A stretch of 64,000 bases of DNA from the NCBI GenBank assembly GCA_965235115.1, contig OZ249436.1, forward strand, positions 19,656,001-19,720,000, written 5' to 3'. This DNA comes from Laetmonice hystrix. Its lineage: Eukaryota. The translations under genes and the position numbers were made by a program. The notes beneath the pieces were generated by a model. The model was given only the letters and a program-made list of their open reading frames with translations, did not search any database and had not been told where the DNA came from. This document shows, in pieces, positions 1 to 13,134 of this stretch. Position 1 is the first letter of the stretch, and every line of letters starts with the position of its first letter.

Positions 1-147
1 TTTGACCTTGAGTTTCTCTCAAATTCAAACTCAGTATTTATTTTAATTTTACTATTAATAGGAATACCAGTAGAATGATTGGTCAGCTAGAGTCAGAGCT
101 CAGTTGGAAATGGCTGTTATAAGAAATTATCATGTTATTTTCTTCAG

Positions 148-2116
148 GTGTATAACAAAATTGATCAAATCTCCATTGAAGAGGTGGACCGAATAGCACG
201 GATTGAAAATAGCATTGTTGTTAGGTAGGTAAAGAATGATGTGTTCGGATTTAGTTTGCCTCGCTTAATTTGTAAAACCAAATGCCAATTTCTCATTAAC
301 CAAATTACAAGGTCTGCCAAAGGGTGTCAAAAGGTCACAATCAACTGTTAACCAAATTACCGATCCATTCTCCCAGTGACCAAGGTCTGCCAAAACGTCA
401 CAATCATCTGTTAACCAAATCACCGGTCCATTCCCATTCTCCCAGTGACCAAGGTCTGCCAAAACGTCACAATCAACTGTTAACCAAATTACCGATACTT
501 TCTCATCCTCCCTGTGACCAAGGTCTGCCAATACCACAGTGTTTCTAGTGTTAGATTAGTGTATTTTGTCTTCTCATACCAAACCTGAAAACCTCAGTTG
601 ACATTTTTTTTCAGTTGTAACATGAAGCTGAACTTGGATTATTTTCTCGAGAAGATGTGGGAGTATTTGGCCCTTGTCAGAGTCTACACAAAGAAGCGAG
701 GGCGTAAGTCGGGAGGATCTTTTTCTATTTTGCAGATGTTAAACCAATAAAAATTGACATTATGTTGAACTGAGTGCAGTTATAAGATGCCAGTTTTATA
801 CATGGGTGGACCTCCTTAGATTTTGATTGTGCTGAGATGCTAGAGAAAAATACAATTAAATATTCTGAGACACAAAAAGAAATGCATTGCCATGACCTTT
901 TTTTTGTAGAGAGACCTGATTTTGATGATGGCCTGATTTTGAGACGAGGAGCGACTGTTGAACATGTGGTGAGTACTTGCACATAACAAAATTGATCAAA
1001 TCTCAATACCTCTTGATATTATAATGTCAGTTTTTGTAGTTATCGTTTGACATCAGAGTGAAGATTTCCATGATCGTAAAAATCGCCCATCATTTGTGAA
1101 ACCCTTTGTGTTTCTTCTATCATCCCGCGTTAAAATCTGATGTTGCTGTACATAAAGTGAAATGTGATATTTGTGTATGTAAAGTGAAATGTGATATCTG
1201 TGTATGTAAAGTGAAATGTGATATCTGTGTATGTAAAGTGAAATGTGATATCTGTATATGTAAAGTGAAATGTGATATCTGTGTATGTAAAGTGAAATGT
1301 GATATCTGTATATGTAAAGTGAAATGTGATATCTGTGTATGTAAAGTGAAATCTGATATCTGTGTATGTAAAGTGAAATCTGATATCTGTGTATGTAAAG
1401 TGAAATCTGATATCTGTGTATGTAAAGTGAAATCTGATATCTGTGTATGTAAAGTGAAATCTGATATCTGTGTATGTAAAGTGAAATCTGATATCTGTGT
1501 ATGTAAAGGGAAATCTGATATCTGTGTATGTAAAGTGAAATCTGATATCTGTGTATGTAAAGTGAAATCTGATATCTGTGTATGTAAAGTGAAATCTGAT
1601 ATTTGTATAAGTAAAGTGAAATCTAATATTTCTGTACGTAAAGTGAAATCTTATATGTCCGTACGTAATCTGAGTACTATATCACCTACTAGAAGAGAGT
1701 AATTTGTCATCAGAAAACGTCTAACAGTAGCTGGCTCTTCCAGTGGCACATCATACCTTTGCTGCTGTCGGTAAGTGCGGCAGCCTTGGATCCCTGTGAA
1801 ATGTTTGCCTCTGTACTTTCTAGTGTCACACCATTCACAGGACGATGGTCGCCGACCATAGGTACTCACTCGTCTGGGTTAGTGGCTTTTTAAAACCAAT
1901 ATTTCTATTACCAGCTCTATTAAGAAGTACATGTTGTCGTTTTTGTTCGAATTTTTGAAAAGAAATCTTCAAGGAAAGCAAATGGGTACATTGTACTGTG
2001 GCCTTATTTAATGTTGACTGTATTTACAGGGTCAGAGTGTCAAGTTCAATCCCCAAAGGGTAGGACTCGCACACATCATCAGTCACGATGATGTCATACA
2101 AGTCGTGAAGAAGTGA
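148..2116 (+). CDS. DRG2: Developmentally regulated GTP-binding protein 2, 3' part (C-terminal TGS region); 5 exons, 5' end outside window
   Basis: GT-AG exons 148-224, 615-703, 910-968, 1824-1877, 2030-2116 splice in phase to VYNKIDQISIEEVDRIARIENSIVVSCNMKLNLDYFLEKMWEYLALVRVYTKKRGQRPDFDDGLILRRGATVEHVCHTIHRTMVADHRYSLVWGQSVKFNPQRVGLAHIISHDDVIQVVKK*, which closely resembles the DRG2 C-terminus as I recall it. AATAAA at about 2573 and 2626-2635. Confidence 0.95.
290..530. repeat. Imperfect intronic tandem repeat, about 65-75 bp, 3-4 copies
   Basis: Recurrent CAAGGTCTGCCAA...GTCACAATCAACTGTTAACCAAATT. Confidence 0.85.
1150..1670. repeat. 27-bp minisatellite in a DRG2 intron
   Basis: (AAAGTGAAAT[G/C]TGATATCTGTGTATGT)n, about 19 copies. 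Confidence 0.97.
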
Positions 2117-2844
2117 AAAGAATTATCTTTAGTAAAATTATCAAAATGTTATCATCAAACGGGTTTCTGCTCCATGACGATGGACTCCTCCAGCGTTCTC
2201 CAGATCGCTGCCATGTGCTGGAGGAATGGGATATTTCACCAGTAAGATTGTCCCTGGGATATCAACCCCATGGTAACTCAAACAATTCTCCAGGACATTA
2301 CGTTTAACAACTCGTACTCTGCCGAACATCGATGTGTTATCAACTTGAGCTGATAGAAGTGACTCTGTTACAGTCTTGATCCCAGTGAGGTCATGAGTAC
2401 GTCTAGCAGGTATTCTATGGACAACTTCTGTCAGGGTATCACCTTCACCTCCTGGGTGATGATGAGAGGTTATTCAACAAGTGTGGGATGGGATTAAGTC
2501 GACTTAAACAACAACTGGTTCCGACTTGGGTTGAGGAACATGTTACCTGTGCTCAGTTTGTTTTTATTGATTAATAAAAGTCATGTACCCATACTAAGTG
2601 TGCTGCCACCTGGCCAGAGGTGGCAAATAAATAAACAAATATGGCTGTGTGTACATGGGCTTGTGGATATTTGTAAAAATGGAGTTTTTCCACTCGTTTG
2701 TCATAATATCGTTTTCCATTGAATCTTATCAAGTCGAAGCACAACCGATCGTAGTCCATGAGTGTCGGGTTGCCATGATGTCATTGGTTGATTCGGCGTC
2801 ACGTGATCATGACAAACTATTTTAATTTAAACTAGAGGTAGCCT

Positions 2845-3781
2845 AACGGAAGTATAGCCACTAGACCAATTTCAGTGACTCCAGGCTGCAGTGTAACGGA
2901 AGTAGAGCGCTCTGGACCAATCTCAGTGACTCCAGGCTGCAGTGTAACGGAAGTAGAGCACACTGGACCAATCTCAGTGACTCCAGGCTGCAGTGTAACG
3001 GAAGTAGAGCGCACTGGACCAATCTCAGTGACTCCAGGCTGCAGTGTAACGGAAGTAGAGCACACTGGACCAATCTCAGTGACTCCAGGCTGCAGTGGGA
3101 AGCAGAGCACACTGGACCAATCTCAGTGACTCAAGGCTACAGTGTAACGGAAGTAGAGCACACTGGACCAATCTCAGTGACTCCAGGGTACAGTGTAACG
3201 GAAGTAGAGCGCACTGGACCAATCTCAGTGACTCCAGGCTGCAGTGGGAAGCAGAGCACACTGGACCAATCTCAGTGACTCCAGGCTACAGTGTAACGGA
3301 AGTAGAGCACACTGGACCAATCTCAGTGACTCCAGGCTGCAGTGGGAAGCAGAGCACACTGGACCAATCTCAGTGACTCCAGGCTGCAGTGGGAAGCAGA
3401 GCACACTGGACCAATCTCAGTGACTCAAGGCTACAGTGTAACGGAAGTAGAGCACACTGGACCAATCTCAGTGACTCCAGGGTACAGTGTAACGGAAGTA
3501 GAGCGCACTGGACCAATCTCAGTGACTCCAGGCTGCAGTGGGAAGCAGAGCACACTGGACCAATCTCAGTGACTCCAGGCTACAGTGTAACGGAAGTAGA
3601 GCACACTGGACCAATCTCAGTGACTCCAGGCTGCAGTGGGAAGCAGAGCACACTGGACCAATCTCAGTGACTCCAGGCTGCAGTGGGAAGCAGAGCACAC
3701 TGGACCAATCTCAGTGACTCCAGGCTACAGTGTAACGGAAGCAGAGCGCACCGGACCAATCTCAGTAACTCCAGGCTGCAG
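2845..3781. repeat. 51/47-bp minisatellite with a 294-bp higher-order repeat
   Basis: CTGGACCAATCTCAGTGACTCCAGGCTGCAGTG(TAAC)GGAAG..AGAGCACA; identical ORFs at 3095 and 3389 are 294 bp apart. Confidence 0.97.
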
Positions 3782-4791
3782 GTTATGTTGGTATAAATCA
3801 CGTCCGAAATTCATATTGCACGCCAAAGCCGTTCCACCTCGGGCAGCATAACTATTCACTAAAGTTGGGTCATAGAACAAAACAAATCTAGCTCTTGGTA
3901 GACCGACGACAATATTTTTCATATTGCATATCTCATGAGTACAATAGGCCTATTTGTATAATGTGCTGTTCAGGTTAATCTAGAGCCCATATGATAGAAT
4001 ATCAGGGACAGGGTATGAAGTCCGCGTCAGCTTGCATGTCGCTATCATGTCTATATTTTATTATCAGTTTCCATGCACTCACCTGATAAGCTCACACGAG
4101 TAGAATATCTGGTATATCAGGAACCTATTGCTGAATAAAACGGAACTGGTTTTAGTTCAGTATAGTTATCAGTAAAGCGAGTTTTTGTTAACTTTCATAT
4201 GGTTGATAGTGAATTCGGAATATCCTCGGAGACGTTGATGCACGGCTGAGGAAACCTGAAGTAGGCCTATACATATAGACGTTCAGTTTCCGAATTAAGG
4301 TATGTATCGGCCTACCCAGCGGTAAGGTCTATAGTAACATCACGACAACTTGTCTTTAAAGCAAACACCGACTGTCTCTAATTTCAATGACTCCAAAATG
4401 CAGACATGGGTTGTTAGGTTATAGATAAGGCCTTGCCTACATAAATCAAAACGTGTACCACAGAAATGGAGAAATCGAATTAAATTCAATATTTCAGTTG
4501 CCTGTTGTCGCCATGAAGCGAACGTCTCATGGCTTTATTGTTGACCGGGCATTGACTTGAACAGCTAATGAAATTCATCGGTTCACCATGCTTTAAGTCA
4601 TATCATGGGTATAGACAGGAGCAGGTCTAGGATGTTACAACTGTCCGGCGCTGGAGAGAAACAAAGTGTTTTTAATGATAGGTCTACTCTCTGAGTCGTA
4701 ACCACTTTGTCATTGACTTTACAAAATACACTTTAAGTTTCTTCCCGGTAAAACCATATGACCATTGCCTTACATGAGGTGTGTGGTGGCG

Positions 4792-7700
4792 ATGAGTGGA
4801 GGCACCGGCCGGGTTGTGCCGGTGGTGGTGGTCCACGGTGGGGCCTGGGCGATCCCTGACCGACACGTGGTCGCCAGTCGCCGAGGAGTGGAGGAGGCCG
4901 CCCGGGCTGGGGACTGGGTCCTTGCCGCCGGCCAGTCAGCACTGGAGGCCGTAGAAACCGCAGTCCGCCTGCTCGAGGACAACCCCGTCTTTGATGCAGG
5001 TCGGTGCATGAGGAGGAGAACTACGTACCTGACTGATTGACTGACTGAAAAAGGGAGGCTATTACAAAATGTCTTTCCTTATACTTTCCATATATTCGGA
5101 CCAAAGAAGACACTTAGACGGTTCAGTTTTTTTTTTATCGCAGGCCCTATGTTTATCTAGTCCTATATATAGGCTTCATGTACCATGGCCGTCCGAAGGG
5201 GGGTGGGGGGCGATGGGTACGGTCGCACCCCCCCCCCCCCCGTTTCTGTCAAATTTACCCCAATTTCTGTATGAGCAGGTCGAAATGGAGATAAAGGGAA
5301 GAACTTCCCATTTGCGAGGGCGAGGGCACGCATAAATTCCAAGTCATGCCACCCCCCTTTTTGAAAAGTGTCGTACGGGCCTGTGTACCTATACCATGTA
5401 CCTACATACACATTGGGGAAGTTTCCAGGAACAGGTTCAGTGCTGACCTCTAGTGGCGAGGTGGAGATGGATGCCATCATTATGGACGGCAGGAACCTGG
5501 ACGTTGGCGCCGTGGCCTGTGTGAAAAACATCGCAAACCCTGTCTCCCTGGCAAGGGTCGTCCTGGACAAGGTTAGGACTGGTAGCTCGACAACCCCGTA
5601 CACCCACGCAGCCGATCATGGCCCATCATTTCTTTCTATCAGGGATTGTGGTGTTTTTATAAGCCAATCCCTGTCAAGTTAGAAGTGAACCGCCCGTGGA
5701 CACTTCGGGAGATCTTTCATGCCGAAGTGCACTGGCGGATCCAGGATTTTACTAGGGGGGGGGGGGGTTAGGAAAACAATTCATGATTGTTTGCATTATT
5801 AAAGCTCTTTTGTTGTATGTAGGACTTTTGTGTCATAATTTACAACCATTTGCTATCTAAATCTAAATCCAATCTAAATACAAATGGAGGCTAAAGAGCT
5901 CCCCCCCCCCCCACCCCACCCCATCCGTCAATGTGAAGGTGGGTTAGGTGGGCTGATCGTTACGGACATCTATCTGCATGTCTATAACCTGTAGAGCGAT
6001 CACACCTTACTGGTGGGTCCCGGTGCCAACCAGTTCGCGGCCGAGCAGGAGATACCAACCAAGTCTACCTCTGAGCTGGTCACGCAGGAGGCGAGGAGAG
6101 AGTTACAAGAATACCTCCAGTTTAACACAGCCGTCAATGTGTCCTTCAGACCTCAGGAGTAGGTGTTCTGTCACATTGTGTCTGCGTTAGAGCTTTAGGC
6201 CTATATCTGGTTTAGGGGGAATTGTAAAATTTAGGATATCGAGAATGGCATCAAGCCTCAACTGATATCTCACTAAGTTCAGCCCTTACTTCAGGTATAA
6301 CGGATATAGGAGGATTAACGGTAGCCTGTAGATTATTGCATAAAGGGGCGTTGAATTAAGTAGACCTAGCGTAAGAGATGTATTGAAAACTTAAAGTTTT
6401 AAGTGCTGAACCCACCAAGGCGATTCCCCTTGCGACGCCCATGCGATTTTGACATCACCCTTTTATTTTACTGTAATTTTGAGATTAAAGGATGGAACCC
6501 ATTTTCTGAAACGGAGAAGGCCAACCAGGAAACATTTCAGAGTGAAATTCCACCATTAAATCAAAAACCGCATGGCCGTCGCAAGGGGAATCGCCTTGGT
6601 GGGTTTAGCACTTTACTTAAACTCCCTGCCTCATAGCATTGAAGGCTATCATTCTATAGACTCTATAAAGGTATAGTAGATACGTATAAATACCGTTTAA
6701 ATGACGTTTCACGATAGTAGCAGGAGCCATGATACGGTGGGAGCCGTGGCCGTGGACCGGAAGGGGAATGTGGCGTTTGCCACATCTACAGGTGGCATCA
6801 CGGCCAAACGTCCGGGTCGGGTTGGAGACAGTCCACTAGTGGGTACGTTTAAATGTCAGCGATCGTGTCACATGTTATCCACCATATAATTTACTCCTCA
6901 AGATAACTAAACACCTGGCAGTAAAACTTGCAAAACTAAACACCTGGCAGTAAAACTTATAAAACTAAACACCTGGTAGTAAAACTTATAAAACTAAACG
7001 CCTGGCAGTAAAACTTGCAAAACTAAACACCTGGCAGTAAAACTTATAAAACTAAACACCTGGCAGTAAAACTTGTAAACTAAACACCTGGCAGTAAAAC
7101 TTACAAAACTAAACACCTGGCAGTAAAACTTGCAAAACTAAACACCTGGCAGTAAAACTTATAAAACTAAACACCTGGTAGTAAAACTTAAAAAACTAAA
7201 CACCTGGCAGTAAAACTTATAAAACTAAACACCTGGCAGTAAAACTTGTAAACTAAACACCTGGCAGTAAAACTTGCAAAACTAAACACCTGGCAGTAAA
7301 ACTTATAAAACTAAACACCTGGTAGTAAAACTTAAAAAACTAAACACCTGGCAGTAAAACTTATAAAACTGAACACCTGGCAGTAAAACTTATAAAGCTA
7401 AACACCTGGCAGTAAAACTTACAAAACTAAACACCTGGCAGTAAAACTTATAAAACTAAACACGTGGCAGTAAAACCTACAAAACTAAACACCTGGCAGT
7501 AAAACCTACAAAACAACACCAGGAAACAAACACATTCTCATGTATAGAGGGTAATATAAATGTCTTTTCTCCTTTTTCTCTCCCCCCTTATTTATTTATT
7601 TATTTTTAATCTCTACTAGTCCTTACTTAAAGGTGCTATTCGTGAACAAAAATTCAATTTTTTTATTTTTAATCTTGTTGACGTTTATGTGATCCCACCT

Positions 7701-8597
7701 ATCATGGAAATAGATTCACAACAAAGGAAATCAAAATTTTTCATGGATAACGGCACAAATGGGGCTCTCTCAGAAGGCCTGTGGAGACCCTGACACGCCC
7801 CACCATAGGAAAAGGCTCTATCTCGGTGCGCACCGAGATAGGTTTCAAATGCTGCACACAAACTAATAGAAGGTTTATCAGGCCAATGGTATCGGTAGGA
7901 ATTGTTTCTAGTACTATGTGCACAATGTATGATAGGAGAAATGCCATTCTGTGCGAGACGAATAGCACCTTTAAATGTATATTTTGCCCGTTTTTGTATT
8001 GGTCTGGTAATAAGGCATGTAGACCTATTAGAGGTAGTATTGTGTAATCTTTGAGCTCATGATTTCATTGCCTGATAAGATTCCCTTACAATTAGGTTGT
8101 GGGGGATATTGTGATAACGAGGTAGGGGCTGTGTCGACCACTGGTCACGGAGAATCGATTACGAAAGTCTGCCTGGCTCACCACATCATAGGGCTCGCCA
8201 AACAAGGTTAGCTACTGCAGTATACTCGTCTTACAACTTAACTTTCCAATGAAGAACTGCAAAAACGTAAAGGGCATGCAGTCTTTGGATTTTGTTGGAC
8301 TTTATAATAGGCCTACACGCTGTCTGACTGTAGGCCTTGTTTATTACAGACCTAACACCTCAGCTGGCCGTGGAGCAGGGTCTGGCGTACATGAAGCGGA
8401 GAGTAGGAGGATGTGGAGGGGTCATTATGATCAGCAACACCGGTCAGGTTGGTGTGCACTTCACCACCGAGCGCATGGCCTGGGCCTTAGCCAAGGGTGG
8501 GCGCATCCACTCGGGCGTCGAGCCCCAGGATCTACAGCAGCAGTTGGAACAGGAACAGTTGGAACACGGAGAGAGGCCAGAGGACCTGCAGCTGTAA
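4792..8597 (+). CDS. ASRGL1: Isoaspartyl peptidase/L-asparaginase (plant-type, Ntn-hydrolase), paralogue A, about 330-332 aa, 6 coding exons
   Basis: Exons 4792-4999, 5429-5571, 5995-6158, 6718(or 6721/6724)-6842, 8096-8206, 8350-8597 are phase-compatible. Motifs [42 protein letters not shown] (Thr nucleophile), ATSTGG, GRVGDSP, STTGHGE. AATAAA at 8772-8777. Confidence 0.93.
5184..5383. mobile_element. Short non-autonomous DNA transposon, 5-bp TSD (hAT5-like)
   Basis: Imperfect TIR CATGGCCGTCCGA...TCGTACGGGCCTG flanked by direct repeat TGTAC; internal G and C tracts. Confidence 0.65.
6401..6613. mobile_element. MITE / fold-back element with about 50-bp terminal inverted repeats
   Basis: AAGTGCTGAACCCACCAAGGCGATTCCCCTTGCGACG ... 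CGTCGCAAGGGGAATCGCCTTGGTGGGTTTAGCACTT. Confidence 0.85.
6905..7515. repeat. About 29-bp minisatellite in ASRGL1-A intron 4
   Basis: (AAAACTAAACACCTGGCAGTAAAACTTAT)n. Confidence 0.97.
7631..7970. mobile_element. Non-autonomous TTAA-targeting DNA transposon (Kolobok-like)
   Basis: TTAA|AGGTGCTATTCGT ... ACGAATAGCACCT|TTAA; perfect 13-bp TIR; AG..CT termini. Confidence 0.8.
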
Positions 8598-10402
8598 TAG
8601 GGACAGTGGCAGCTGGAACAGAGAAACATGCCGCTATAGCAGCTGGAACAAGGGCAACGGCCACAGCAGCAGTTGGAATTGAGGCAGAGGCCACTGGACC
8701 GGTACGAGAACAAGAAGAACAGCGACAGCTCGAGGTCTGTGCCTCAGCGGCAGGCCTACTGGGCAATATGAAATAAAAGAGTGGGAAGCAGTAGAAATAT
8801 ACAGGCCGTAGCCTCCCAGCAAACAGGACACGTATTTAACACGTGTTTAGCTGCTACTTTAGATATCCAGAGAGTCTCAGAGTCAGACACCTTAAAACAG
8901 ATCCATTAGAGACGTGCTAAAGCAAAACACTTTTCTGCACGAATGTGGCCTTATCTCCAAATATCGCCTTCAGGATACAAGTAGGCCTACCCGGTAGTTC
9001 ACATATCCATGGGGCCGAAAAGAATTAAACAATTACATTTTTAAAAAGATGCGGAAAATGTAGCGACGTCCCTGTTCAGGGCCAAAATGACACTTTCATC
9101 CCGGGACTTTCATCTCCTGCCAGAATATGTTTGAATTTAGAAGGCCAAAAAAACGATATTTCCCGGCATCTGGAGATAGGAATTGTGATGTTTCTTGAGC
9201 ATTTAGAATTTTAGGCCTCCTCTAGCAATAATTGTTTTCACTTCTTCAAAAAGGAGGTGCCCCCTTGCATCCGCGCCTGAAAAAAGGCGTATAAATAATA
9301 GGCATGAATAAGAAAATGCTTATTTTTCTTCAGTTAAACTTAAAGTGAAGAAGCTGCACTGAAAACTTTGAGTCGTCAAAAGGTCGTCAATATTAGACAA
9401 GTTTAGGCTTGTCAATTTGACAGTATCGAAAACAACAAGTCAACTTGTCATATCCTTGTCAATAACTAGCTTGTCATAGCCTTATCAATAGGCCCAACTA
9501 GCTTGGCATATCCTTGTCAATAAATGTACAGGTCATTTCCAGGTCACAGGTCATGTTCCCCCGCTTGAGAACTGTTTCCCGTCGTTAATTGATCCTCCCG
9601 ACTCCTCCTCACTGCAAGGTGTTTCCTGCCCTTCCGTCTGCGAACCGTTTCCTGTCCTTGTCTTTAGTGAATCCTCGGGACCGTCACTGCCGTAATCCTC
9701 ATGGAGTCCTGCATGTCCTGATACAAATAAAGTACCAATAACTGCTAAAGTTATTAAAATAAGTAATGAAATGATTACCATGAACAAAGATTAACATGTT
9801 CAAAACAGGTTTGAAGAGTGAGATGTTTAAATACTTTAAAAAGCAGACGTAGCTATTACGTACCTCTCTCAACAGTTCGACCTTGTGTCCGTTACGTGCT
9901 GGGAATTGAATGCTTGCATCAGCTTCCGGCTTCCGGTTTGAGAAAAACACGCGTCGGCTTGCCGTTACAACGGACTTTTTGACGACTTTTTGGCAAGGTA
10001 CCTTGTCAAACATTTGTCATTGGGCTTGACGAGGCCAAACTCGTCATTTTGGCATACGTTGACAAGGAATTGACGAATATTTGAGTAGTTTTCGCCCGCT
10101 GAGATTTTCTGTGTTTGGGGGAGGAGTGTAGCCTATAGGTTGTAGGGGATAGACATATGTCTTGAAGGAGTAGAGCTATTTGCCCAGTTATAGGCCTACT
10201 GTGCAAATAAGCGGTGTAGACTCGCATATTCGCACAGCAAACATGAACCAATGAATGGGCTAGGCCTTTATTCTTGCCTCTATGATAGGCCTCGCAATAC
10301 TCGACCTATTGCCAAAGCTACACAAATTAGAACATTTTAAAACGCGCAGAATGGGATATCATCGCACATAGCCAATCATTTCAAATGAAGTTTTGCCTTT
10401 AA

Positions 10403-10933
10403 AGGGGCATATTATGAGGAAACGTGAAAAATCGGTATTTCAAAGAACTTTTGCTGTTTTCATCAAGAGATCCTTCATTAATATTGCTTGGTAAACAAAG
10501 ACAGACTTATCAGTTTCATTTTGTGTGAGAAATCGAAGTTTATGAAGCTCCCTTGCCCACTTTTCTGCCGATTTCGTAAAATATTTTTTGGGTGGCTTTC
10601 TGATGCCGGACGATCGCGGGCAACTGCTGAATTGTTTACAACTAAGCGAAGCACGTGACTAATCACATGCAGAGAGTGCACACGCAGGATGTGACACAGT
10701 ATGCAATTACACGGGTTGATGGGAGGTTGTCTATAGCAAATTATGGCGGGAGATGTGCTATCGGGAGAAATCTATAGGTTTGGTCGTATAGAATCTACTT
10801 GTGCTGCATACGCAGAGAAAACACGTCGGAGGACAAAATGCTGTGGTAGGATTATTCACTTGGATCCCTAGTACACGATCATGTTGGATAATTGCCGGAA
10901 ATCTAAAAAAAACGTGTTTCATAGAATGCCCCT
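10403..10933. mobile_element. Non-autonomous TTAA-targeting DNA transposon (Kolobok-like)
   Basis: TTAA|AGGGGCATATTATGA ... TCATAGAATGCCCCT|TTAA. Confidence 0.75.
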
Positions 10934-11934
10934 TTAACTTCAGCCATTGAGTGCACTGAATTTAGCTCAAGTCCTTTTACAAAGCAGATCCAGGTGATTT
11001 TTCAAAAGAAGCGGGCACTTCGACATCGTCACGGCCGGCGGCCATTTTAAATAAACGAAGGGAGCAGCTATTATGTAAGAAGGGATCTCGGGCCATAATG
11101 GAGGAGTGTTGTGTGCTCCTTGTGTGATGATATGCTCCCCTACTGGCCTTCAGTGCGCATGTACATTAGGACTAACAACATTGCAGGCAACGGAAATCAT
11201 ACTGCTCGGTTAGCCTTTTCAAACGTTTAACTTTTTAAATAGGCCTATAGGCCCTATGGGATGAAAAACAACAAAATGTGAGCAGTGGAGTGTTTGATAT
11301 GAGAAGTATAGGTATACACCAATTTGACCAATTCACGACGAATTGTACACAGCAATGAGTTCGCATTGAAGGTATACAGTTTTAACGACCCGCGATGTCA
11401 GTCCCTGTTTGCTGGCAACTGGGACGACACTCGTGGGTAGCGGGTAGCGGGTTCAAATCCCAGCCGAATCATTCGAACTGTTTTTCAAAGGCCGTGTTTT
11501 AAGTAAGTACAAAAAGGTATTCAGTGTGGGATAGCTAATAGTGCCCAATTAAGTGCGACCTGCCTCTCTTGTCCGCCCCGCCGCGGGACGGATAGCGGAT
11601 CTGCTTCTCCATAGAATCTAGGCCAGTTGGGGCTGCAGATGACACGACTGCACACAGTCGGGCTGACGTGTGTAGGCTACTCGCCTCGTGAGCGTTGATA
11701 GAGGTCAGAAATAGCAGGTAGGTCACTCTGCCTTTACCAAGGGCATAGCCCTGCCGGGGAATGTTAGGGGGCCTGCTTAATAGCTTAGGCCTATACACAT
11801 TGACGGATGTCTATCAAGGCGGGGTAGATTTTCTAGTCAGACTACCCCCTGGATCGATCTGCTGCCGCTAATCGCCGTCATTATAATATTCCTTGACTTG
11901 AGCCGAAGGGGTGATGCACTCCTAGGTTGACATT

Positions 11935-12716
11935 AGAGAGTTTTAGCAGACAGCACGCATCCGCGGAACGCTAACGTAAACGTATCGTTGTTACGTGCGC
12001 AGTCAACGTACGTCGGGCTGACCAAAATGAGTTTTAGCTGATGCTACTCACCGTATTGGGGCAGTTACTGTTATGTAGACCTATATTTTAAGCAGAAATT
12101 AGGTTTGAATTACTTTAGGCAAATACTAACACCAACAGAGGTGTGAGCTAGGTTATGGAACTTATGCATCATCTCGAAGAAATTATCATTTCCATGTTTC
12201 ACATGCATGGAAAGCAGGTGTCGCGTACTCAGATCTCCGCCGGTCTCACACAGCAATACATCTGACCTGCCGGAGATGTGAGACCGCGGAGATCTCAGAC
12301 CACGACACAGACCCTCTTTCTGCCCGGCCTGACAGCGACCAAGGCCCGGCAAGGTCACAGGCTACCAGTCACCTTCTTCCCGGTCTTCCCGCGAGGTCCC
12401 GAGGGTCAGACATCGTCCACTTAAGAGCCGGTGTCGCATAGTTAAATCGAAATGTATTATCTAATTGTAGATATCAATTGAAAGAGAATACCTTGGAGAT
12501 TACATCTTTGATGTTTAATAAATCATACTTCTCTTAAATTAAACACAAATAGGATGGGTAGATCATGTACGTATAAACGGGCCGCGTTACGTTGTTGACG
12601 GACGCATATCGCTTATTACCTATCTATACAGGAGGGCGCAGAGTGATGACGTCATACACAGAAAACTTGGGTTAGCGTTAGCGTTGCTGAGATACGTTTG
12701 GTTGCTAAAACTCTCT
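11935..12716. mobile_element. Non-autonomous DNA transposon, 14-bp TIR, apparent 3-bp TSD (Harbinger-like)
   Basis: ATT|AGAGAGTTTTAGCA ... TGCTAAAACTCTCT|ATT; subterminal AACGCTAAC / GTTAGCGTT inverted motifs. Confidence 0.7.
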
Positions 12717-13134
12717 ATTGCAGTCTTTTCCCCGTACGTTGTCACGCTCACATTCGCGCTCATTTGCTGAAATGAACGCTCAGAGATCCTGCACGGGAGC
12801 CGGCATAAGCCGCCGGGGACCAGGCACCACTTGCCGAACTAGGCCCATTTCTTTTGAGAAGCTATATATGGCGGATTTTCCCATGACATGAGCCGAACCG
12901 GTGGTTAGGCTAATCCAAAGACATACACCCAGCGTATAATAAGTTCAAATAAAGAAATATCACTGCTTGATGCCGTCTTCGATAGGCCTAGGCCTAGGCC
13001 TACTTTATGTCAGGTGAGGTGGCGCGCATGTTCCTATATTTGGGCCGTGAGTGATATGTAATCTGTGAGAGCACCCTCCGGACAGAGATCGTTCACTTCA
13101 TTCAATCTCTGCCTCAGGCTGGGTACTGCCGTTT

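Noticed and set aside
1106..1702. 198-aa Cys-rich (KVKCDICVC)n ORF resembling a metallothionein or zinc-binding protein
   Set aside because: It is a 27-bp minisatellite inside a DRG2 intron with no ATG start.
11420..11470. tRNA gene (B-box-like GGTTCAAATCC at 11450)
   Set aside because: No cloverleaf or clear A-box; at most a SINE remnant.
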